A DNA stretch of 23,904 nt from Archangium sp. (GTDB taxonomy: Bacteria; Myxococcota; Myxococcia; Myxococcales; Myxococcaceae): NCBI GenBank assembly GCA_031367385.1, contig JANLPS010000360.1, positions 1 to 23,904 on the forward strand, read 5' to 3'. Positions 14,619-22,845 of the stretch are shown piece after piece. The notes beneath the pieces were generated by a model that saw only the letters and a list, made by a program, of their open reading frames with translations, was not told the DNA's origin and made no database searches. Each line of letters opens with the position of its first letter. The first letter of the stretch is position 1. Both the position numbers and the translations under genes were made by a program.

Positions 14619-16378
14619 GCGCCACCGCATCGTACCAAGGCATCGGCGCAAGCCCCGGAGTCGCCGTCGGGCAAGCCTACGTGCTCGACAACCGCAAGGT
14701 GCGCACGCCGAAGGTGAAGCTGAACCTCGAAGAGGTCGAGCCCGAGGTGATGCGCTTCAAGACGGCGATTGAGCTGAGCGACCGGCAGCTCGAAGAAATC
14801 AAAGACCGCCTGGCTGGCACCGATGGAGCCGAGCACGCCCTGATTCTCGAGGCGCACCGCTTGATGCTGCACGACCCGATGTTCATCGTCGAGGTCACCC
14901 GGTTGGTGCGCGAAGACTTCATCAACGCCGAGTGGGCGGTGCGCCGGGTCGGCCGCCGGTTGCGCCACCAGTTCGACAACCTCGAAGACGAATATTTTCG
15001 CGAGCGGCGCAGCGACATCGAGTTCGTCGCCGACCGCCTGGTGCGAAACCTGTTGGGAGAAGTCGTCGACGAAGACCTCGAGGCGCCCGCCGGAGCCATC
15101 GTGGTCGCGCACGACATTTCTCCGGCCGACGCCGCGATGTTGCTGCGCCGCGGAGCCATCGGTGCCTTCGTCACCGACATCGGAGGCCAGACCAGCCACA
15201 CCGCCATCGTGGCCCGCGCCCGTGAGGTACCCGCGGTGGTCGGCTTGGGCCGGGCGTCTGACGCGATTCGCACCGGAGACATCGTCGCGGTCGACGGCCG
15301 CCGGGGCTTCGTGCTGGTCAACCCCAGTGAACCGCAGCTCGCCCTGTTTCGCGAGACGATGCGGCAGCAGCAGGTCAGCGAGGCCAGCGCGCTCAAGACC
15401 GCGGTGCTGCCTTCGGTCACCCAAGACGGGCACAAGCTCACCCTCAACGGCAACATGGAGTTTCCCGAGGAGATCCCCTCGCTGCTGGCGCACGGCGCCG
15501 AGGGCATCGGGCTCTACCGCACCGAGTTTCTGTTTCTCGACCGCACCACCGCGCCGACCGAAGAAGAGCACTACGAGTCGTACAAGCAGGTGCTGCAGGC
15601 GATGGGCGGGCGGCCGGTGACCATTCGCACGCTCGATTTGGGCGGCGACAAGGTGCCGGGCAAGAAGCCCGAAAAAGAGACCAACCCGGCGATGGGCCTG
15701 CGGGCCATTCGGTACTGCCTCTCGCATCGCGACATGTTCAGGGTGCAGCTGCGCGCGCTGCTGCGGGCGTCGGCGCACGGCAACCTGCGCATCATGTTTC
15801 CCCTCGTCAGTGGGCCGGGCGAGCTTCGTGAGGCGCGCAGCGAGCTCGAGGCGTGCCGCAGCGAGCTGTCACGGCAGGGTGTGCCGATGGGCAAGCGCAC
15901 GCCAGTCGGCATCATGGTCGAGACCCCCAGCGCCGCGTGGATCGCCGACCGCCTGGCGCAAGAGGCCGACTTCTTCAGCATCGGCACCAACGACTTGATT
16001 CAGTACTCGCTGGCCATCGACCGGCAGAACCGTGACGTGGCGTACCTGTACCGGCCGCTCCACCTGGCGATTTTGCGCTCGGTCGAGGCGATCGTGAAGG
16101 CGGCCAAGGCGGCCAACATCCCCGTGGCGATGTGCGGTGAAATGGCGGGCGACCCGAACCTGACCCTGATGCTGCTGGGGTTGGGCCTCGACGAGCTGTC
16201 GATGACGGCCGGCCAGGTGCCCTCGGTCAAACGCATCGTGCGCGCGGTGAGTTACCTCGACGCGAAGGCCGTGGTACGCGACGCGATGGAGCTGACCACC
16301 TCAGAAGAGATCGAACGCTTCGTGAAGGTGGAGATGGATCGGCGGTTCGCGACCAGCACCGGGGCCGACCCTTCGTGA
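14615..16378 (+). CDS. ptsI: Phosphoenolpyruvate-protein phosphotransferase (PTS Enzyme I)
   Basis: GIGASPGVAVG N-terminus, phospho-His motif GGQTSHTAIVAR, GIGLYRTEFLF, RTLDLGGDK, ETNPAMGLRAIR, FFSIGTNDLIQY and catalytic Cys in MCGEMAG. No N-terminal GAF domain. Confidence 0.96.
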   Translation: MSATASYQGIGASPGVAVGQAYVLDNRKVRTPKVKLNLEEVEPEVMRFKTAIELSDRQLEEIKDRLAGTDGAEHALILEAHRLMLHDPMFIVEVTRLVREDFINAEWAVRRVGRRLRHQFDNLEDEYFRERRSDIEFVADRLVRNLLGEVVDEDLEAPAGAIVVAHDISPADAAMLLRRGAIGAFVTDIGGQTSHTAIVARAREVPAVVGLGRASDAIRTGDIVAVDGRRGFVLVNPSEPQLALFRETMRQQQVSEASALKTAVLPSVTQDGHKLTLNGNMEFPEEIPSLLAHGAEGIGLYRTEFLFLDRTTAPTEEEHYESYKQVLQAMGGRPVTIRTLDLGGDKVPGKKPEKETNPAMGLRAIRYCLSHRDMFRVQLRALLRASAHGNLRIMFPLVSGPGELREARSELEACRSELSRQGVPMGKRTPVGIMVETPSAAWIADRLAQEADFFSIGTNDLIQYSLAIDRQNRDVAYLYRPLHLAILRSVEAIVKAAKAANIPVAMCGEMAGDPNLTLMLLGLGLDELSMTAGQVPSVKRIVRAVSYLDAKAVVRDAMELTTSEEIERFVKVEMDRRFATSTGADPS

Positions 16379-17502
16379 CCGGGCGGCTGGGCGAGCTGCA
16401 GGCGGCCCACGACATCGAGCTGTTGCGAGGTCGCCCGTGGCTGCTGCGCCGCAAGTGGTCGCGCATGGCCAAGTCGTCGTTCGCGTTTCTTCGCGGTTCG
16501 GCTCCGTTGTGGGCTGAGCTGTTGCGACGACACCCCGCGTTTCTGCGAGGCATACCTGGCAAAGGGCCGATCATCGGTGACCTGCACCTGGAGAACTTCG
16601 GCACCATGCGCACGGCGCGCGGCATGGTGTTTCAGATCAACGACTTCGACGAGACCTTCGTCGGGCCCTGGGCCTTCGACGTGCTGCGGTTGATGACCAG
16701 CATCGTGCTGGCCCGCTCCGAGCTCGGGGTACCGGGCACCTTCGTGCTGACGTTGGCAGAAGCGGTGCTCGATGGGCACGAGCTGGCGATGGGCAAGGGG
16801 CGGCTGGCGGCTCCTGAAGCGATACACCGGGTCATCGCGGGCGGTGAGCTCGCGGGCCACAAGACGCTGCACAAGCGCTTCGGTGAAGAGGGCCGGTTGG
16901 TGCGCGACCCCGAGAAGACGCCCGAGGCGCCGGCGGCGTTGCGCAAACAGCTGCCCGCGACGCTTCGAGAATGGCAGGCGGGGTTGCCCGAGAAGCATCG
17001 ACCGGCCGACGCGGCGCTCGAGATACTCGACTGCACGCGGCGGGTGGCGGGCACCGGCTCGCTGGGTGTCGAGCGGCTGCAGGTGCTGATTCGCGGCGAG
17101 AAGCACCCGTGGCTGCTGACGGTCAAAGAGGTGCGCGGCAGCCCAGCTGACCCGAAGCCCGCCTCAGCCGAGCGGTTGGTCGAGCTGATGCGGCGGTGCC
17201 TGCGAGAAGCCCCGCTGTTGCTGGGCGCCTCGAGGCTGGGCCCGCTGCCGGTCATCGTCAGCCGCACTGGCCCGGGTGAAGACAAGCTGGCGGTCGATGC
17301 GTACGAGCGCACCCAGCTGCTGCCGATTTGCAGGTACCTCGGGTACTTGACCGGTGACGTGCACGCGCAGGGTGCCAGCAGCCGGGTGCGCTGGTCGGCG
17401 AAGCACCGCAAGCACCTGTTCGACGTGGCGATTGAGCTGGCTGGGTTGCACCAGCAAGCCTTCTTGGAGTTCTGCCTCTTCGCGGTCGCCCTGCGCCCGT
17501 AG
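16375..17502 (+). CDS. DUF2252 family protein
   Basis: RMAKSSFAFLRGSA, GDLHLENFG, INDFDE, RRVAGTGSLG and KEVR motifs. Its GTG overlaps the ptsI stop (GTGA 16375-16378). Confidence 0.85.
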   Translation: MTGRLGELQAAHDIELLRGRPWLLRRKWSRMAKSSFAFLRGSAPLWAELLRRHPAFLRGIPGKGPIIGDLHLENFGTMRTARGMVFQINDFDETFVGPWAFDVLRLMTSIVLARSELGVPGTFVLTLAEAVLDGHELAMGKGRLAAPEAIHRVIAGGELAGHKTLHKRFGEEGRLVRDPEKTPEAPAALRKQLPATLREWQAGLPEKHRPADAALEILDCTRRVAGTGSLGVERLQVLIRGEKHPWLLTVKEVRGSPADPKPASAERLVELMRRCLREAPLLLGASRLGPLPVIVSRTGPGEDKLAVDAYERTQLLPICRYLGYLTGDVHAQGASSRVRWSAKHRKHLFDVAIELAGLHQQAFLEFCLFAVALRP

Positions 17503-17636
17503 GTCGGGGGCGGGGTGCGTGTACGCCACCGGCTTACCGACGCACCCTGGCGGGAGCGCACCCCGCAGCCTACAGTTTTGCGTCGTCACACGGCGGGGCG
17601 GACGGCCATAGGTACCCCTGCCCCAAAGGAAGACCA

Positions 17637-19748
17637 ATGCGAACACTGCTAGCAATCGCCTTCTGTCTGGGGGCTACGTCGTGCAACTGCGGCCCGACTG
17701 GCGGCAACGAAGACGCCGGAGGGACTGGCGGAGGCACGGGCGGCGGCTTGACGGGCGGGGGCGCGGGGGGAGGCACGGGCAGCGACGCAGGCTCGGCGGG
17801 CTCCGACGGCGGGGGCGGAGGCTGCCTGCCGGGCAACCCATCGCTCGTGCTGACGCCCAGCGGTACGCAGGTCACGGTCGGCTCCGGTGCGCCAGCGCCG
17901 ATCGCCTTCAGCGCGACGGCCGGAGCGAGCACCAACGTGACGGCCAAGCTTCAGTGGGCCTCGACTCGCGGCGACGATACGCCTGCGGGTCGCTTCACCG
18001 CACCGGGCACCTATCAGCCCGAGCCCGGCACCGGTGGTGTGGTGACCATCTCGGCGACCGACGGCTGCCAGACCGCGACCACGACACTCACCCTGAAGCT
18101 CAACTCGACCTACCGCGACCCGGGCACCGCGGTGACCAGCCGGTTTGACGGGCCGGTGGTCACCGTTTCGAGCAAAGTGCCCACGGTCGTCTACCCCAGC
18201 GACCAGACCCGGTTTCCGCGCAACATCTACAAGATCCTCTTTCAGTGGAAGAAAGGGGGTAACGATTTCTTCCGCCTCACCTTCGATGGGCCGTACTCGA
18301 AGACGGTGGTCTACTCCGATGGCGCCAACCTTCAGTGCCAGGCAGCGAGCACCTCAGGTTGCCTGGAGACCGATCAGGCGATTTGGGCCGCGATCGCCGG
18401 CGCGAACGCGGGCGCGACGACGACCCTGACCATCGACGGGGTGACCGCCTCAGACGCGAACGTGTACCGCTCAGCCAGCATTCAGCTCGGCTTCTCGAAG
18501 CGCGACGTCAAGGGCGCGATTTTCTATTGGTCGACGACGGCGGCTGGCATTCGGCGCGCGTCGGTCTCTGACCTCGAGCCCGAGGCCTACGTGGTCGCCA
18601 AACCGACAGCGACCGTGTTGCCCAATGGCGGCGGCTCGGTGAAGTGCGTCGCCTGCCATACCGTCTCGCGCAGCGGCAAGAAGATCGCCGCGTTCACCCA
18701 GGCCGCGGCCACCGGCGAGTTCGTCTTCGACGTCACCCTCCAACCCCCTCCGGCACCCGTCATCACCACCCAGATGAGCACCGCCAAGGGCTTCGCGACG
18801 TTTCGAATCGATGATCAACGCGTCGTCTCGACCGTCGGCAATCTGCTGGCCGAGTTCGACGCCAACACGGGCGCCAAAATCACCAACCTGCCCGGAGTGA
18901 CCTCGGCCACCAACCCTGACTGGTCGCCCGCCAACACCGAGCTCGCCTATTCAGACCAGGGCGGCGACTCGCCGGGCAACGCCAACCTCAAGTCGATCGC
19001 CTACGCGAGCGGGGCCTGGGGCGCGATTCGCACACTCGTGCCGGCGGCGGGGTCGACCAATCTCTTTCCCAGCTTTTCGCCCGATGGTGCGTACATCGCG
19101 TACGCGAGAGGCAAGGGCGGGCACGGCGACAAGACCTTGCAGCTGTGGCTGGCCAAGGCCGATGGCACGGTGCCACCGGTCGAGCTGGTCACCGCGAACC
19201 GAATCGTCAACAGCGCTCTCACCCTCGGTCAGCACGAGAACACCATGCCGACCTGGGCGCCGCCCGGCGACCTGCTGTGGGTGGCCTTCAACTCGGTGCG
19301 GCCCTACGGCGTCGTGTACCCCAGTGGTGGCACGCAGCAGATCTGGGTGACGGCGATCGACCCGACCAAGCTGGGTCAGCGCGGCCTCGACGGCGGAGTG
19401 CTCGACCCGAGCTACCCCGCGTTTCGCTTCGCGTTTCAGGCCTTGAACGAGAACAACCACCGCGCCTTCTGGACGCTCGATGTGCGAGACCCACCTCCAG
19501 ATGCGGGGCCGGTGTGCGGCAGCCAGGGCGTCGTCTGCGGAGCGGGGAGCGCCTGCTGTGGCGGGCTCACCTGCCTGCCCGGCGGGCCGCTCGGCCAGAG
19601 CTGCCAGGCGCCCAGTGATGGCGGCACCGCCGCGTGCCTCGGGGTCGGTGAAGCGTGCAGCCAGACCGACGGGCCAGCCTGTTGCAGCCTCTCGTTTTGC
19701 GACGTGGGGCCCGACGGTGGCCTTGGCTGCAACTCGCTGATCAACTGA
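17637..19748 (+). CDS. TolB/PD40-like beta-propeller lipoprotein with CxxCH motif and Cys-rich C-terminus
   Basis: AAGGA RBS; signal ending ATSCNC; Gly linker; VVYPSDQTRFPRN domain; IFYWS; CVACH; PD40-like repeats NPDWSPAN, FPSFSPDG and MPTWAP; two CC-containing six-Cys modules. Confidence 0.85.
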   Translation: MRTLLAIAFCLGATSCNCGPTGGNEDAGGTGGGTGGGLTGGGAGGGTGSDAGSAGSDGGGGGCLPGNPSLVLTPSGTQVTVGSGAPAPIAFSATAGASTNVTAKLQWASTRGDDTPAGRFTAPGTYQPEPGTGGVVTISATDGCQTATTTLTLKLNSTYRDPGTAVTSRFDGPVVTVSSKVPTVVYPSDQTRFPRNIYKILFQWKKGGNDFFRLTFDGPYSKTVVYSDGANLQCQAASTSGCLETDQAIWAAIAGANAGATTTLTIDGVTASDANVYRSASIQLGFSKRDVKGAIFYWSTTAAGIRRASVSDLEPEAYVVAKPTATVLPNGGGSVKCVACHTVSRSGKKIAAFTQAAATGEFVFDVTLQPPPAPVITTQMSTAKGFATFRIDDQRVVSTVGNLLAEFDANTGAKITNLPGVTSATNPDWSPANTELAYSDQGGDSPGNANLKSIAYASGAWGAIRTLVPAAGSTNLFPSFSPDGAYIAYARGKGGHGDKTLQLWLAKADGTVPPVELVTANRIVNSALTLGQHENTMPTWAPPGDLLWVAFNSVRPYGVVYPSGGTQQIWVTAIDPTKLGQRGLDGGVLDPSYPAFRFAFQALNENNHRAFWTLDVRDPPPDAGPVCGSQGVVCGAGSACCGGLTCLPGGPLGQSCQAPSDGGTAACLGVGEACSQTDGPACCSLSFCDVGPDGGLGCNSLIN

Positions 19749-19815
19749 CGCGGGCGGCAAAGGCTGGCGACCCGAGTCGACAGTTGGTCGCGAGTGCTTC
19801 ATTGTAGCGCTCGCC

Positions 19816-20559
19816 ATGTGCCGTCTGTTTGCAGTGTTGGCGCACGAACCGGTTCGGGTCGATCGCGCATTCGCGGCGCTCAAGCGCCAGGCCCTCGAGC
19901 ACAAAGATGGGTGGGGCGTGGCGGTCTTCTACCCGGGCCAAGAACCGCAGCTCGAGGTGAGCATCACGCCGGCCAGTACCTGCACCCGCTTCAGTCAGCT
20001 GGGCGATGAGCTGGCGACGAAGAGCCTCTTGGTGCACCTGCGGCTCGCCTCAGTCGGCACGGTGCGCACCGAGAACGCGCACCCGTTCTTCGCGAATGGG
20101 TTCGCCTTCATGCACAACGGCACGCTGCGGGAGTTCTCAACCCACCGAGAGGCGCTCGAGGCCCGCATTGCGCCGATGTGGCGGGCCCAGCTGCGGGGCG
20201 AGACCGATTCAGAGCGGTGCTTCGCGCTCTTCTTGACCCTGCTGGGCGACGCGCGAGGGCTCGAGCCGATGGCACGCGCGGCGGCCGAGGTGATGAAGCT
20301 GTGCTCGCAAACCTGCGACGCAAACCTGGCGGCCGACGTGCCGAGGTCGGCGATGAACTTCATGGTGACCGACGGCAGCCAGATGGTGGCGACGCGGCGA
20401 GGGCGAACGCTGTTTCACACCTCGAAACCAGGCTCGCACTTCGTCGCCAGCGAGGCGCTCTGGCCAGAGAACGAGTGGCTCGAAGTGGCAGAAGACTCGG
20501 CGCTGCTCATCGATTCATCGCTCGAGGCGCGGCAGGTGCCGCTGAGCCAACTGGCTTGA
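19816..20559 (+). CDS. Class II glutamine amidotransferase (Ntn hydrolase, YafJ/EgtC-like)
   Basis: N-terminal nucleophile MCRLF, plus HKDGWG, HLRLAS, ENAHPF, FMHNG, GETDSE and VASE motifs. Confidence 0.92.
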   Translation: MCRLFAVLAHEPVRVDRAFAALKRQALEHKDGWGVAVFYPGQEPQLEVSITPASTCTRFSQLGDELATKSLLVHLRLASVGTVRTENAHPFFANGFAFMHNGTLREFSTHREALEARIAPMWRAQLRGETDSERCFALFLTLLGDARGLEPMARAAAEVMKLCSQTCDANLAADVPRSAMNFMVTDGSQMVATRRGRTLFHTSKPGSHFVASEALWPENEWLEVAEDSALLIDSSLEARQVPLSQLA

Positions 20560-20576
20560 GAAAGCAGCCCTTTGGT

Positions 20577-21269
20577 TCAGGGCCAGCAGAGCAGCTTGCC
20601 GAAGACCCTGCGTGACTCACCGGGGTTCGCGGTGATCGTCTCCAGGTGTTGAATGCAGGCTGCATGCATCACCTTCACTTCGTGCGACCCCGGCGTGACC
20701 TGAATCGTCACCGGCGCGAGGCCCGCATCAACGTCGTCGATCAGCACGAACCCCCAGGGGAATGAGTCGACCTCGAGCGTCACCATGGGCTGACCCGCAT
20801 CGATGGGCTCGACGGGTATCGGTTTCAGCTCGAAGCGCATCACGTCGGCGGGTTTGGGTTGCGGCCAGACGCTGAGGTCGACGGGCAGATAGCCAGGCAG
20901 CTCGAGCAGCAGGCCCCAGACCACGTTCGACGGAGCCTCGAAGGTGACCGGAGAGCGACCGACCGGGTGATGGTTGAGTGAAACCACGGCGTCGGGTGGC
21001 TCGGTCTGCACGACGAACGTTCTGCGGGTCGAGGGGGCAGCAGGGCCGGCGTCGCTGGTCTCGAGCACGAATTCTTGCGGCTCGGTGGGTTCAGGCGGCG
21101 CCGTGACCACTGCGGCATCGATGGGCTCTTCCACCGCAGCGGGCCGTGGAGCCCCGGCATCGACTGCGGCGGGTGGCGGTGTTTTGCGGCAGCCCAGCGT
21201 CGACGCCAGAAGCATGAGCGTCAGGCTCGTTCGCGTTCGATTGGGGTGCTGCGCTTCACGTGTTCGCAA
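20577..21269 (-). CDS. PEGA domain-containing protein, probably a lipoprotein
   Basis: Two PEGA-like units (VQTEPPDAVVSLNHHPVGRSP...LPGY and VDSFPWGFVLIDDVDAGLAP...PGSHEV); hydrophobic stretch ending STLGC; GAGG 5 nt before TTG 21269. Start uncertain. Confidence 0.75.
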   Translation of the reverse strand: MRTREAQHPNRTRTSLTLMLLASTLGCRKTPPPAAVDAGAPRPAAVEEPIDAAVVTAPPEPTEPQEFVLETSDAGPAAPSTRRTFVVQTEPPDAVVSLNHHPVGRSPVTFEAPSNVVWGLLLELPGYLPVDLSVWPQPKPADVMRFELKPIPVEPIDAGQPMVTLEVDSFPWGFVLIDDVDAGLAPVTIQVTPGSHEVKVMHAACIQHLETITANPGESRRVFGKLLCWP

Positions 21270-21553
21270 GGCGGCCTCGGCGGAGAACGAAGGTGTCGCA
21301 GGTCAACGTCTGCGTCGAGAAGTTCTTCTCAAAGACCCTCGGGCGCCGGAGACGAGGTCACACATTCCTGCCGGTGGCCTAGAGGGCGGGGGCTTGAATG
21401 GGCTGGGGCCGTGCTCGTCACCACCAGCACCTTGGGACTGGGGTCAGCGCTCGAGCCCCTTGGCTCTGGAGCGACGGTGGTGAACCCAACGATTTCAAGG
21501 ACATGGACAGTGGGGGCGAGGGGCTCGCGCGAAGAAGCTGGGAGCGCAGGGCT

Positions 21554-21580
21554 CGTAACCTTTCAGTCACCCCAACCGTG
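21554..21580 (+). promoter_or_regulatory. Candidate ECF promoter of the oxidoreductase gene
   Basis: CGTAACC-N16-CGTG ending 8 nt before ATG 21589. It has the same geometry as the ECF41 consensus TGTCACA-N16-CGTC but an imperfect match. Confidence 0.45.
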
Positions 21581-21588
21581 AAGTGGCC

Positions 21589-22833
21589 ATGAGCGACGAT
21601 ACACACCTCGACGTAGCGGTCATCGGAGCGGGGTTGAGCGGTCTGGCCACGGCTGCCTTGCTCGCGCGCGCGGGCCGAACAGTCACCGTCTTCGAAGCCA
21701 GCGCCCACCTCGGAGGCCGCGCCCAGAGCCCGCGGCTCAACGGCCTGCCCGTGAACATGGGCCCGCACGCCCTCTATCTCGGAGGCGCCGCGTTCGAGGT
21801 GCTCACCGACCTGGGCCTTCGACCACCCCTCAAGCCTCCGACGGCCCGCGGGTACTTCGTGATCCGCGACGGAGTGCTCTCTGCGATGCCCTCGACACCG
21901 TGGTCGATGCTCTCGACCTCGCTGCTCACGGTCACCGAGCGCTTCTCACTCGCGCGGGTGCTCATGCCCCTCATCGCGGGCTCCATCTCGGCGCAGAATG
22001 ATCAATCGCTCGCTCAGTGGCTCGACCAGGTGGCCCCATCGCCGAGCGTGCGCGCGTTGCTCGAGACCCTGTTTCGGCTCACCACCTATACGCACGCGCC
22101 GACCCACCTCAGCGCCGCGGTCGCGTGCCGTCAGCTCCACGTGGCGTTGCGCAAGAACGTGACCTACGTGCCGTTCGAGACCCTCGTCTCGTCACTGGCG
22201 GCGCTGCCTGGTGTGACCGTGCGCTTTTCAAAACCCCTTCGCTTTGTCGATGAAACCGGCCGGCTCGAATTCGACGACGAGACCCTGCACGCGCGTGACG
22301 TGGTGCTCGCGCTGCCGATCGAGGCGACGATGAAGGTGCTCCGCAGCGAGACGCTGGCGGCGTTTCACCGCACCGCGGTGCCTGCAAAGGCCGCCTGCCT
22401 CGACGTGGTGCTCTCCAGGCTCACCACGCCGCGACAACGCCTGGTGCTGGGCCTCGGCGAGCCCCTCTACGCCGCGATTCACCAGGAGCACCCAGCCCAG
22501 GTCGTCATTCAAGTCGCCAAGTACCTGTCGCCCGGTGAACGGGGCGCCGATGCGTTGCCCCAGCTCGAGCACTTGCTCGACGCCTTTCAACCTGGCTGGC
22601 GAGAGGTGCTGCTCGAGCGGCGGTTCTTGCCAGAGATGGTGGTGAGCACCGCGATACCTCTCGCGCAGAATGAGGGCCGGGGGTTTGGGGTCGAGCTCGG
22701 TGGTCAGGTGTACGCGGCTGCCGATTGGGCCGCGGGTGGCTTGCTCGCCGACGGAGGCCTCGCAGCGGCTCGCGACGTGGCGCGCCGGCTGGGGTCGGCG
22801 AATTCGAATTCACCGCTGAGGCGAAGTGCCTAA
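21589..22833 (+). CDS. FAD-dependent oxidoreductase (phytoene desaturase/amine oxidase-like)
   Basis: Rossmann motif DVAVIGAGLSGL...FEASAHLGGRA, NMGPHALY, and C-terminal YAAADW...LADG. Confidence 0.88.
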   Translation: MSDDTHLDVAVIGAGLSGLATAALLARAGRTVTVFEASAHLGGRAQSPRLNGLPVNMGPHALYLGGAAFEVLTDLGLRPPLKPPTARGYFVIRDGVLSAMPSTPWSMLSTSLLTVTERFSLARVLMPLIAGSISAQNDQSLAQWLDQVAPSPSVRALLETLFRLTTYTHAPTHLSAAVACRQLHVALRKNVTYVPFETLVSSLAALPGVTVRFSKPLRFVDETGRLEFDDETLHARDVVLALPIEATMKVLRSETLAAFHRTAVPAKAACLDVVLSRLTTPRQRLVLGLGEPLYAAIHQEHPAQVVIQVAKYLSPGERGADALPQLEHLLDAFQPGWREVLLERRFLPEMVVSTAIPLAQNEGRGFGVELGGQVYAAADWAAGGLLADGGLAAARDVARRLGSANSNSPLRRSA

Positions 22834-22845
22834 GGTCTCGCGCTG

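Noticed and set aside
17637..19748. Assigning the gene symbol tolB
   Set aside because: There are no tolQRA/pal neighbours, and it has extra domains, a lipoprotein signal and a CxxCH motif not found in TolB.
19816..20559. Calling the class II GATase egtC (ergothioneine pathway)
   Set aside because: No egtA, egtB or egtD lies in the window, and the motifs are shared by the whole YafJ/EgtC family.
22800..22811. GAATTCGAATTC double EcoRI palindrome as a cloning scar
   Set aside because: It is in frame in the oxidoreductase tail with no vector-like flanking sequence; most likely chance.
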